This document shows, one piece after another, positions 45,101-55,075 of a stretch of DNA of 64,000 bases. Numbering within the stretch: position 1 is the first letter of the stretch; every line of letters starts with the position of its first letter. The DNA comes from Ostreococcus lucimarinus. Its lineage: Eukaryota. Location: the NCBI GenBank assembly GCA_000092065.1, contig CP000590.1, one strand, 5' to 3'. Made by a program: the position numbers and the translations under genes. The notes beneath the pieces are model-generated. The model searched no databases and was not told the origin of the DNA. It saw only the letters and a list, made by a program, of their open reading frames with translations.

Positions 45101-48100
45101 GAGCCAGACTCGCATGACTTCTGGTTCGCATGCGCACGGTTCGGGCTGAGCGTTCGGAATCATGTACGTATCTACGCCAGTCGCGCCGAATAGAGTCTCA
45201 ATCGCTGTAGTTCGCGACGTTTCGGACGTACTGTCGAACAAGCTCTCCCAAGTGTGCGCGTCCAAAATCTCATCCGTGGCTTCGTCGATGTTGCTGTACG
45301 ACTGATACCGTGTGATGGAGTTGTGCCGATCGAGGTAAATGTTACCGACGTATCTCTTGAACGAAGGATTGCTGTCCGACGCCTCGTTGTCACTCGCAGC
45401 GTTACTCATGAGATCTGACTCGCTACCGGCACTCGTCTTTGACAGAGACGCCGAGCGCTTCTTGCGCTTGGCGTCGTCAAGGGAAATTTGCGCGAAGGCA
45501 GAAAAGGACTCGTCGCGAGACATGCGGTTGGCCCGAGAAGCCGCAGCCATGCGTTCGCGTCTCGACTTACGTGTCATCTCTTGCTTACGCACGATGATTT
45601 CGCGCGCTGTCTGGGAAACCAATTCGTAGTCGCGCCCAGAAAGATTCATACAACGCACCACGGCGGCGTTGCACGACGGTATGTCGATCATATCGTGCAA
45701 CGAAATTTGTTCGAGGATCTTCAAAACCAAATCCGATCTACGCTTGAGTTTGGCGTTTGCATGTGCATACTTTGCGACGACTGAAACATCGTTGCGGTAG
45801 CGATCGCGTAAGAACATGATGGCGTCCTCGGTCGACGCGCAGCTCGAGAAGGGCTCTTCCGTGTCCAAGAACGATTCCAAGTATCGCGTCAACACGCGCG
45901 CCCTACTCTGCGCCAATCCGCCGTCATGACGTTCGCAAAATGCCGCTAGCGGTGCAAAGTCAGCGCCGTACTCGTTGATCAAGGCTCTAACGCGCATGAC
46001 CGCAGCAGATACGGCGTCTGTCGTGTTTTCTCCATTCGCCTCGCCGACGATGGACGCCGACATCGCTTCGGCGATCTCGCGCAGCTCGAGTCGCGCCGAC
46101 GGACGAGCACGCGAAATCACGGCTTCTCGCGACTCCATAAAATCATCCACGACGAGTGGTAGCGTGCCGAGCACGTCAAATAACACTTCGGTCGGATCAC
46201 CATTGTAATCGTAACCAGCCAAAATTTGGTCGACACCAGTGCTTGTGCGCGAGAATCGAACCAGCGGAGAGTCATCCGGTAACATGCCTGTTAACGAACG
46301 CGTGTGCATTTTCGTAAACTCTCCCGTGAACGGCGCACACCTACGCACACCGGTAGCGTCTTCGACGGCAACATCACACAAAACATCGCCTGCTTCTAAA
46401 ATCGCGCCTACACGCGCCACGTGCCGAATCGTCCCCGTGCTCGTCGCAATCAGAGGCATCACCGTCTTCATAACCTCGATCTCGCAGTAAGGTTGATTGG
46501 ATTCCACGCGCTCGCCGTCGCAAATCAAGTACTTGAGCAGTTTTCCAGGACCTTGGGCGATGAGCTTGGTGGCGTCAAAATCATCGGGGAAGAAACACGG
46601 CAACCCGTTGACGTGAATCTTCATTCCAACTTTCGTTTCCTCGGGGTGGACCAAGTACGCGCGACCGTCCAAGAGCACCTTCAAAGCGCCGTCTTGCAAC
46701 ACAAGAACTTCGGCTTCGATGAGACCTCCGTTTATGTGAAGATAAAACAGCTTCTCACTCCCCATGGTTACGCGCAAGTTATACTTGATGTCGTTGTAAA
46801 TCAGCTCAAAGTTGTGTTCGCTGAGATTCGTCATCCACGTCTCAGGCGGGACGCCTCGATTCAGATACGAGGCGACTTCGGCCTCGAGTTTTTGATGCCT
46901 CGTCGATGATCTAAGCACAGCCCCACACGCGACTACGATGTGCTCGTGCAACGTCTCTGCTCTGTCGCTCGCCGCGATAAGACCATCCAGCCAAGCGGTG
47001 TCGTGTTCGTCGGCTAAGAATTCTGGCTTCTCCAACAACTTCCCCAAGTACTTTTTGTTGCAGTGAATCTCCCCGCGGACGCTTAACTCGCTCAGCGCGT
47101 GCGTGAGTAAAGTGATGGCTTCCGCCCGACTTGGCTTGAAAGCGAAGATGTGTCCAAACTGCGAGTCGGCGAATTGATGAACTCCGCCCGAGGTGCCGAC
47201 GGAAAATGATCCATTCACGCCCGGGAGCGAACGGAAATGAAGCTCGTGAATGGCACCAGACGTAGGCTTGAAACCGCTGTCGGGATCTTCAGCGGTGATT
47301 CTTCCCGCCACGCAATGACCGAGCGGCGGAATCGGCGTAGTGTTATCGAAATCGATAGAAGAAACCCCGCGTACGTCGCTTTGCTGGAAGAATCGACGGA
47401 CGTCCGGAATCTTGTTCAACGGTATCCCCATCGCGAGCTGCAGCTGTACTGCGGGCAAGTTCACCCCAGTTATCTGCTCTGTCACTGGATGTTCCACTTG
47501 TAGACGAGGATTGACTTCGAGAAACGAGTATTCGCCAGTCTTGATGTTGTACAAGTACTCCACGGTACCGACGCCACAGTAGCCAACCTTTTTCGCCAGT
47601 CGCACGGCGCCGCGCTCGAGCTCTTCACACAATGCCCTCGGCGCCACGGTGATTGGACCTTCTTCAATGATCTTTTGATGTCGGCGCTGAACGGAACAGT
47701 CACGACCATACAGCGCGATCGCTTGACCGTGCGCGTCGGCAACCATTTGAACTTCTAAATGTCTTGAATCCACGCTAAGCTTTTGGATGAAAATCGGCGA
47801 ACCCGGGACTTCGGCCTGGACCTGGGCGAAACCAGTTTTGAGTTCCTCGATCGAGTTCACCTTGCGAATACCTTTCCCACCACCCCCTTCCGAAGCCTTG
47901 ATCATGACCGGAAAACCAATCTTTCCCACTCGCTGCACCGCGTCGGCGACGTCTGTGAGCGTCGCTTGCTTCAAGACGTCCTCCGGAATGCTCGTGCCGG
48001 GTACCGTGAGACCGCTACCAGACCAAGGGATGACATTCACGTCACACGATTGCGCGAGGATGTTCGCACAAATCTTGTCTCCAACGGCGTCCATGGCAGA

Positions 48101-48302
48101 TGCTGGTGGACCCAAAAATGCAATATCGTGATACGCCAACTGCGACGGCAGCTGCGGATTTTCGCTCGCGTGTCCCCAACCCGGCCACACCGCGTCTGCG
48201 CCGCACGTTCGCGCCACTTTGACGATCAAATCCACGTTTGCGTAATTGTTTCTATTGCTCCCCCCCTCCACGGTGATGAATTCATCGGCTAACCGGATGT
48301 AT
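42149..48302 (-). CDS. ACC: Acetyl-CoA carboxylase, homomeric multidomain (BC-BCCP-CT), 3' exon
   Basis: The biotin carboxylase region continues as (E)YIRLADEFITVEGGSNRNNYANVDLIV...GHASENPQLP...MIKASEGGGGKGIR. The biotinyl site is EVMKTVMPL. Carboxyltransferase motifs are present in the C-terminal half. The exon is joined to upstream exons by a catag| acceptor at 48303. Confidence 0.85.
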
Positions 48303-48436
48303 CTATGTTTAGAATGGGACGTCGTTATCATCCGAGCCTGTCAGTCTCGTCGAAACGCGAAAACGCTTCGAGCGCGAATTCGCCGCCGACGATCGCGAGA
48401 TGAGCGCCAATCACGCGACGTTCGCATCGCACGCAC

Positions 48437-48554
48437 TCTGCATTCGCCGCTAAATCGTCTGGCGTCGCCATGCACACCAAATGCAAAACTTCGTGCGACT
48501 TGAACGTCTCGTACGCCCACAGACGCATCGACCGAATCGCCTTCACCGCGCCCA
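48437..48554 (-). CDS. ACC: Acetyl-CoA carboxylase, internal exon (intron 48303..48436 downstream, 48555..48779 upstream)
   Basis: The spliced reading ...IANNG-L-GAVKAIRSMRLWAYETFKSHEVLHLVCMATPDDLAANAE-YIRLADEF... restores the conserved BC N-terminal sequence (VLIANNG.AAVKFIRS.R.WAYE...ATPED...NAEYIR.AD.F). Both donors are GTGCGT. Confidence 0.75.
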
Positions 48555-48779
48555 CTGCGTGTCGAAAAATTCGCACTCGCGTCAGTCATTATCGCGCGCG
48601 CGCTTCACTTTTACGATTTCGCGCGCGCCATCTCCCACGACCGCGTCGTCGGCGACGAAATTCGTCTCGAACGCGTCGGACCCTCGTCGGGACGAGCGTT
48701 ACGACGACTCGGATAACGACGTCCCCGTCGCGCCTTCGTCGGCGCCGCGCGCGTCGCGCGCGCGTCGCGCATCACGCAC

Positions 48780-49149
48780 ATCCATTATTCGCGATTAAAA
48801 CCTTCCGTATCGATCGCACGCCTCCCCGCGAGAGGACGTACGCCTCGTACGCCGCGTCGAGGTCCTCGCGCGGACTCGCGCGCACGAGACCTCGGTCCAT
48901 CGAACGTCGCGGCAGCCGCTCGCGCGCGGCGCCGTCGTCCGCGTCGCGCATCTCGCGCGCGGCGCTCGTTCGCGCTCGTTCGCGCGCGCGATCGCCGTCG
49001 ACGGCCGTCGTCGACGCGTCGCGCTGTGTCGGACGACGCGCGCGGCGTGGGAGACCGCGAGACATGACAGGAGGGACGCGAAACACCCGGGAGATCGCCG
49101 CCCGTTCGAACGCCCCGACCGACCGAAAGGACGCCGCTCGTCGACACAC
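48780..49149 (-). CDS. ACC: Acetyl-CoA carboxylase, first coding exon (start codon uncertain)
   Basis: ...REDLDAAYEAYVLSRGGVRSIRKVLIANNG ends in phase 1 at a GTGCGT donor. Upstream Met candidates (MDRGLV, MRDADD, MSRGLP, 49149) sit within an R-rich presequence-like leader. Confidence 0.7.
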
Positions 49150-49377
49150 GACGACGCTGTCCGGTCGACGAACGAACGAGGACGCGCGCGACGAACGAAC
49201 GCGCGCGATCGAAGCGCGCCGATCACGAATACGCGTCGGATTCGCGCGTCGCGCGACGCACGATCGAGCCGTCGACGCGCGTCGCGACGCGAAAGCTTTC
49301 CCGCCAAAAGGACAAATCTTATTCCGCGGACATCGCGCGCGTGATTCCCTCGCGTCTCGCGGCGTCGCGAGCGTGCG

Positions 49378-51843
49378 ATGGCGACTGAAACCGCGTTAGC
49401 GAAGGGACAAAGCCGCGTGTTGAGCAAACCGTCGTCGCCGCGATCGAACGATGGAAGAGACAACGCGAACGACGACTTAATCATTCGCACCGGCGAAGAG
49501 CTCGGCGAGCGCGTCGGGTCGGCGGCGAACGCCACGACGACTGGGCACCATCACAAAGGGCACCATCCGAGGGATGACGAAGACATGTCGGATGAGAGTA
49601 CGACGTACACTGTGCTCGACTCTCTCGGATCCGGTACGTTCGGGCAAGTCGTCGCCGCGGCGTCTAGCGCCGACGGTCAGACGAGAGCTCTCAAGGTGAT
49701 TAAGAATCACCCCGCGTATTTTCACCAAGCGCACGTCGAAATCGGCATCTTACGAACGTTGAACACAAAGTGCGGCGATCGACCGTCGGGGTCGGTGATC
49801 GTGGACTTGATGGATTACTTTGTCTGCCACAACCACCTCTGTCTGGTTTTTGAGCTGTTGGGAATGAACCTCTACGAGCTGCTGAGGAAGAACAAGTTTA
49901 AAGGATTACATCTCGGGGCGATTCGTGGGATGATGAAACAATTGCTCGGCGCTTTGGATTTGCTCAGAGACGCCCACGTGGTCCACTGCGACATCAAGCC
50001 CGAGAACATTTTGTTGTGCCGCGACGACTCGTTTCAAGTCAAACTAGTTGATTTCGGCAGCGCGTGTTTTCAAAACAGGACGGTGTATCAGTACATCCAA
50101 AGTCGTTTCTACCGCTCGCCGGAAGTGTTTTTGGGGATGTCGTATGGAATGCCCATCGATATGTGGTCTCTAGGGTGCGTCGCCGCGGAATTGTTTTTAG
50201 GCTTACCGATCTTTCCGGGTTCGAGCGAGTATGACTTGCTGAGCCGCATTTGCGAAACGATAGGAACGCCCCCGGCGGACATGCTCGCCAAGGCGCCGAA
50301 CACCAACAAGTTTTTCACGCGAGTAGATATCGGGTTCGACGAGAGCTCGTCTTCGTTGGCGTCTTCTTCCGGCGGTGGTACGTCGCGATACAAGCTTCTC
50401 TCGCTACGAGAATTCGAGGCGCGCTCTGGCAGGCGCGCGGCGATGGGGAAAAAGTATTTCAAGTACACTGAGTTTTCGGACATCATAGCGAGTATACCGT
50501 ACCAGTCATCCAAAGTGGATCCTAACGACCACGCCGCCGTAGACGCGGAGAAGAAAGCTCGAATGGTCGAGCGTTCGGCGTTCTACGATTTACTCACCGG
50601 CATGATGGAGATCGATCCCGCGGTGCGCTGGACGCCGGCGCAGGCGTTGAAACATCCGTTCATAACGGGCGAGCCATTCGACGAGCCGTTTGCGCCGAAG
50701 CCAATTCCTGAGCGCACGACACCAGAAGAGCGCGAAGAGTTGCAGCGCGTGGCGGCGAAGGAAGCGGCCAAGATTTCTTCGGGCGAGCCAGTCAAGAAGA
50801 AGAAGAAGCCCATCCCGCGCGACGTTCCGCCGATGGCCGACGTCGTGCCGCCGACGCCGCCGGCGATTCCAGTCGGTGGTTTGGCCGCCGCTTTCGCCGC
50901 AAGTTCTGCGTCTGGATCAGCACCGCCGATACAACCAATCACGCCGAATGTTGTCAATCCCGTTGTCGCCGAAGCGTTCAACGGAGCGATGCTGCAAGCG
51001 CAAGCGGCGGCGCACGCGCACGCCGCCGCGGCCATCGCGGCGATGTCTCCCGGAAGCATCCCGATGTCGCCGGGCGGTGGACTTGGCGGTGGTTATCCAC
51101 CTTTCGTCGTCGGTTCATCCGGAGGGTCGTTCAATTCGCCCTCGTCCTTGCTGTCCGGCTCCTTCATTGGTTCGCCGCACGCCACGAACAGCGCGGCGAT
51201 GCACCCGCTTCACTTTGGCGTCTCGCCGCCGACACACCAATTGTCGAGTATGGGTTTGTCGACATCACACGCGGCACGCGCGGCACAGGCAGCGGCAGCG
51301 GTGCAGCTCCCGCCTGCAAGTCCACTCGGCCCGCGCGGCGTGGCTTTCGCGCGCGGTATGGACGCTCGTCACGCCAAGCCGGGGACGTCCTTCCACGGCG
51401 TGGGCGGCGGGATGTGGAGCGCTTCAGCGTCGGCGTCGGCGTCGCGCGATAGTTTGAAAACGCTTCAAACAGTACACGAGTCCATGATCTCGCCACCGGT
51501 TGCATCGCCGAGTCCGATCGACGACGATCACGCAGAGGGCGCGGATTGGGATCCAACGTTCGGCGAGATGGACGATTTAGAGATGGAAGACGCGCCGACG
51601 AAGAAACAGGCGAACTCGACGACGACGATAGCGATGCCCACGCGTCAAGCGATACCACCTGTCGTCAACTCACTCTCCAGCGTAGCCGCCGCGTTTTCCG
51701 TCGGGAGCGCACCGAATTTTGCGAGCGCGAGTCAGTTCAGCGTCTCGCCAAACTCAGCGTTTGCGACGAATCAAACCAAACCGACGCGACAAAAGTCTAG
51801 CAAGGACAAAGCACCGGCGAGCGACGAGGACGGCAAAACCTAG
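49378..51843 (+). CDS. DYRK-family dual-specificity protein kinase (YAK1-like)
   Basis: Glycine loop LGSGTFGQV; catalytic loop VHCDIKPENILL; DFG then the activation-loop YIQSRFYRSPEV (DYRK YxY-type loop); a DYRK-like N-terminal part precedes the kinase domain; long Pro/Ala/Ser-rich C-terminal tail. Confidence 0.75.
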   Translation: MATETALAKGQSRVLSKPSSPRSNDGRDNANDDLIIRTGEELGERVGSAANATTTGHHHKGHHPRDDEDMSDESTTYTVLDSLGSGTFGQVVAAASSADGQTRALKVIKNHPAYFHQAHVEIGILRTLNTKCGDRPSGSVIVDLMDYFVCHNHLCLVFELLGMNLYELLRKNKFKGLHLGAIRGMMKQLLGALDLLRDAHVVHCDIKPENILLCRDDSFQVKLVDFGSACFQNRTVYQYIQSRFYRSPEVFLGMSYGMPIDMWSLGCVAAELFLGLPIFPGSSEYDLLSRICETIGTPPADMLAKAPNTNKFFTRVDIGFDESSSSLASSSGGGTSRYKLLSLREFEARSGRRAAMGKKYFKYTEFSDIIASIPYQSSKVDPNDHAAVDAEKKARMVERSAFYDLLTGMMEIDPAVRWTPAQALKHPFITGEPFDEPFAPKPIPERTTPEEREELQRVAAKEAAKISSGEPVKKKKKPIPRDVPPMADVVPPTPPAIPVGGLAAAFAASSASGSAPPIQPITPNVVNPVVAEAFNGAMLQAQAAAHAHAAAAIAAMSPGSIPMSPGGGLGGGYPPFVVGSSGGSFNSPSSLLSGSFIGSPHATNSAAMHPLHFGVSPPTHQLSSMGLSTSHAARAAQAAAAVQLPPASPLGPRGVAFARGMDARHAKPGTSFHGVGGGMWSASASASASRDSLKTLQTVHESMISPPVASPSPIDDDHAEGADWDPTFGEMDDLEMEDAPTKKQANSTTTIAMPTRQAIPPVVNSLSSVAAAFSVGSAPNFASASQFSVSPNSAFATNQTKPTRQKSSKDKAPASDEDGKT

Positions 51844-51915
51844 ATGCAGCATACAACGACATTGTAGATTACAGCAACACTTCTAGCGAGCGCGTGGCCA
51901 ACTAACTTCGAAACA

Positions 51916-53019
51916 CTACGACCCCTTGTCCACCTCTTCGTCGGCCTCTTCGTCGACGAAGAATGAGGCGAGCGACGCGACGAGAATCACTGCGCCTCCG
52001 ATTATCGTTGACTTTGTGAGCGTCTCACCGAGCGCCAACACGGACACCAGAGCGTTGAACGCGGGGGTGCTCGCATAAATGACTTGTGCCTCAGACGCCG
52101 ACACGCCCGCCTGTCCTTTCAACTGAATGTAATTCGCCAACGCGCCCGGGATGAAGGCGCTGTACACGACGGCGGCGGCGACGATGGGCGAAGCTAAAAA
52201 CGCAAACGACGCGTCTTCGGCGGATCCACCGCCGAAAACAGTGCGTGCATACCACGTACCCATGAACATCAGCATGACCAACGTCTTCGTACCCATCAAC
52301 TCCGAAGCACTGAACTCCTTGGCGTACTTGCCCGCGCGCAGCGTCAGCGCCGCGTAACACGCCGCCGACGCAAACGCCGCGCCGTCACCTTGCACGGCCA
52401 ACTCCGACGCCGTCGTACCGTCACCGCTCGAGACTGAATCCAAGCCGATCACGAGTACGCCGACGAATGTCATCAAGCACGCCGCCCACGTCTCTCGACT
52501 CACTCTATCGCCCTGAAGCACGGCGAGCGCCGGAACGAGGACGTTGACCGAGCCCATGATGAAGCCGCTGTGCGTCGACGACGTATGCTCTAATCCCCAC
52601 GCCTGTAACGACGTTCCGAGGGCGTTGAACAACCCGAGCTCGACTGCGGCGCTAATCGCGCGATCGGCCTCGACTTTTTCCCCTGGGCGCGCCGATTTCG
52701 ATCGCTCCATCGTCGAGAGCAGCGCCGGAACGAACGGCAACTGCGCCAAGCCGATGCGCGCGAGCGAAAGCGCCGCCGAACCAGGCGGTGTCTCCGAAAC
52801 GAACACGTAGCGCAGCGCGGGCGCGTACGTGGCCCACAACAATGGCACACAAAATAAAAGCAATCTCGCCGTCGCGGGATCGATCGCACCTTCGTCCTCG
52901 CCTTTGCCTCGGTCCTCGCCGCCTTCGTCGTCCCGCTCCGTCTCCGTCCCCGTCTCCGTCCCCGTCCCCGTCGCTCGAGCTCGCGGTGCGTCGCGTCGAC
53001 GCCGTCCGCGCGCGGACAT
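51916..53019 (-). CDS. EamA-domain (drug/metabolite transporter superfamily) membrane protein
   Basis: About 10 hydrophobic helices in two halves (LLLFCVPLLWATYAPALRYV...; ...IIGGAVILVASLASFFV), typical of DMT/EamA. The start is taken at MSARGRRRRD (53019); the track's ORF extends to 53382 through an R/H/T-rich leader. Confidence 0.55.
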   Translation of the reverse strand: MSARGRRRRDAPRARATGTGTETGTETERDDEGGEDRGKGEDEGAIDPATARLLLFCVPLLWATYAPALRYVFVSETPPGSAALSLARIGLAQLPFVPALLSTMERSKSARPGEKVEADRAISAAVELGLFNALGTSLQAWGLEHTSSTHSGFIMGSVNVLVPALAVLQGDRVSRETWAACLMTFVGVLVIGLDSVSSGDGTTASELAVQGDGAAFASAACYAALTLRAGKYAKEFSASELMGTKTLVMLMFMGTWYARTVFGGGSAEDASFAFLASPIVAAAVVYSAFIPGALANYIQLKGQAGVSASEAQVIYASTPAFNALVSVLALGETLTKSTIIGGAVILVASLASFFVDEEADEEVDKGS

Positions 53020-53326
53020 CGCGTGATGACGACGATCGCGCTCGCGCTCGTCTCGTCCGCTCGTCGACGGTGTCTCCGACGCCCACGTCTCTCGCGCGTG
53101 CGTCGCGACGCGAACAGCACCGACACCGCGACGATGTCGATGTCGACGTCGACGTCGATGTCGATGTCGAAGCGCCGTCGTCCCGGTCATCGTCATCGCC
53201 GTCCCGGTCGTCGTCATCGCGCGCGTCGTCATCGCGCGCGCGACCGCACCGTCGTCGCCGAATGCGGAATGCGTCGCGTCGTGCTGGGCGCGATGGGCGC
53301 GCGCGAACCAACCGTCACACTGCGAC

Positions 53327-54607
53327 ATGGTGGTGCGCGCCATCGCGCCTCGCGTCATCGCGCGCGCGACCGCGGCGCGCACCGCGCGGTGCGCATCGAC
53401 GACGTCGGCGTCTACTTCGGGCGCGCGCGCCGCGATCGACGTCGAAGGCGACGACGACGGGACGACGGAACGTGGCCAGGAGCGCGCGCTTGTGCACTAC
53501 TGCAAGGGACTACGAGAAGCGTTGCGCGCGTGCGACGACGACGGAGCGACGATCGCACGCGAGAGGGAGTCGTTAGTTCGCGCGTGCGAGCGACTGAAAG
53601 CGACGCTGCCCGTGAAGTATCGCTCAGGCGCGTTCATGTCTGCTGGCGCGCTTGCGACGGCGTTTGGGTACGAGCTCGAACGCGCGCGGAGCGCGGAGCA
53701 CCTCGCGGCGATCACAAACGTGAAAGTACGCGCCGCCGAAAAAGGTTTAGTGCCGTATCACAGCGCGCGCGAGAGCTATGCGCGAGTGAGAGAGTTATTG
53801 GACGGATCCATCGAGCTTCGACACCTCGATTTCTCCGCCAACCGCATCGAAGACGCAAAAAGTGCGACGCCGTGGACACTGACTCATAACACGCCCGCGC
53901 TCGACGCCAAGCTCGTAGCGGCGGCGATTGAGGTCAGACGTACTGGATACGCTATCGTGGATGGACTCGTCGGCGAGCCGATGGCGAGCGCGATTCGGCA
54001 CGCGCTCGCGAATTTCGTCGACGAGGACGAGGACGCGAGGACTTTCAGCAAAGGAGAGCTCGATCAGAGCGAAAGGCGCATCCTAGGCGATGCAACGGTA
54101 GATAAAATACGCGATGACACCATCGCTTGGCTCAAAGGAGATGAGCGAGATATGGTTGGAGCGTTCGCGCAATTTTTACGCGTGACCGTGTTGCGTCCGC
54201 TCTTCAGCGCCTTCGCGACGACATCGCATGGATTATCGTCGGCGCCACCGCTTGCGCCGGTGGATTCGTACGTGAGTAATGCCATGCTGAGCGTGTACGC
54301 CCCTGGTGCGCGTGGTTTTGTATCACACGTTGACAATTGCGGACCCGATATCGACCCGCGAGCGTTGTCCGTCGTGTACTATCCGATATCGTCGACGCCC
54401 GAAGAAGGAGGCGCGATGGTCCTGTTCCCAGGTCACGAAACGAAAGAGGTTCGTTTAACGCCGACTCGCGATCGTTTAGTTCTGTTCGCGTCGGCACGCG
54501 TGCCACACGCCGTGGAACCGCGCGCGCGCGACGCTTCGCGTCGCATCGCGGCGAGCTTTTGGTTCGTCGGCCAGCCGCTCGCCGTGATGGCGGCAGCGGA
54601 AACGTAG
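53327..54607 (+). CDS. 2-oxoglutarate/Fe(II)-dependent oxygenase (prolyl 4-hydroxylase-like)
   Basis: The C-terminal double-stranded beta-helix carries the HxD...H triad: GFVSHVDNCG...GGAMVLFPG...LVLFASARVPHAVEP...RIAASFWF. Confidence 0.55.
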   Translation: MVVRAIAPRVIARATAARTARCASTTSASTSGARAAIDVEGDDDGTTERGQERALVHYCKGLREALRACDDDGATIARERESLVRACERLKATLPVKYRSGAFMSAGALATAFGYELERARSAEHLAAITNVKVRAAEKGLVPYHSARESYARVRELLDGSIELRHLDFSANRIEDAKSATPWTLTHNTPALDAKLVAAAIEVRRTGYAIVDGLVGEPMASAIRHALANFVDEDEDARTFSKGELDQSERRILGDATVDKIRDDTIAWLKGDERDMVGAFAQFLRVTVLRPLFSAFATTSHGLSSAPPLAPVDSYVSNAMLSVYAPGARGFVSHVDNCGPDIDPRALSVVYYPISSTPEEGGAMVLFPGHETKEVRLTPTRDRLVLFASARVPHAVEPRARDASRRIAASFWFVGQPLAVMAAAET

Positions 54608-54730
54608 CAAATCCAAATCATAGTAGCGCACGCGTTCAAACGCAACGACGACGACGCCGACGATATGCGCTTCTCGCATCATCACTACACGCTAATTCAT
54701 CCCGCTACGCCGACGCTTCGTTTCGCGTCG

Positions 54731-55075
54731 CTATTTCCCTCCTCGCAACCCGGCGATGCGCGGCGCCTCGTCGTCCGTTTTTGCCTCGTTCGCCTCCTTC
54801 GCCGTCGTCTCGCGCGCGCGCGCCGCGCTCGAACGCGCGTGCTCGCTTCGAAACCCCAATTGCGTCAAATCCTCTCGCGCCATGAGCTCTCGCGCCATTC
54901 TACACTCTAAGTACGCCTTGGACAGCGTCGCGCACGCCGTCGCGTCGCGCTCGCGTCGCGCCAAACACTCCAAGTATCGCGTCTTGCTCGCGTCGCACTC
55001 GTGGAAGTGGTCGAGCGGGAACACCCCGCGCTCGGGGGCGTAACTCGTCGACGCGCGGTGCGAGGGCGTGGACAT
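54731..55075 (-). CDS. COX19: COX19 (twin Cx9C / CHCH-domain cytochrome c oxidase assembly protein)
   Basis: PERGVFPLDHFHECDASKTRYLECLARRERDATACATLSKAYLECRMARELMAREDLTQLGF carries two Cx9C motifs and the COX19 signature (PPERGSFPLDHFGEC...YLECRM...LGF). Confidence 0.7.
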   Translation of the reverse strand: MSTPSHRASTSYAPERGVFPLDHFHECDASKTRYLECLARRERDATACATLSKAYLECRMARELMAREDLTQLGFRSEHARSSAARARETTAKEANEAKTDDEAPRIAGLRGGK

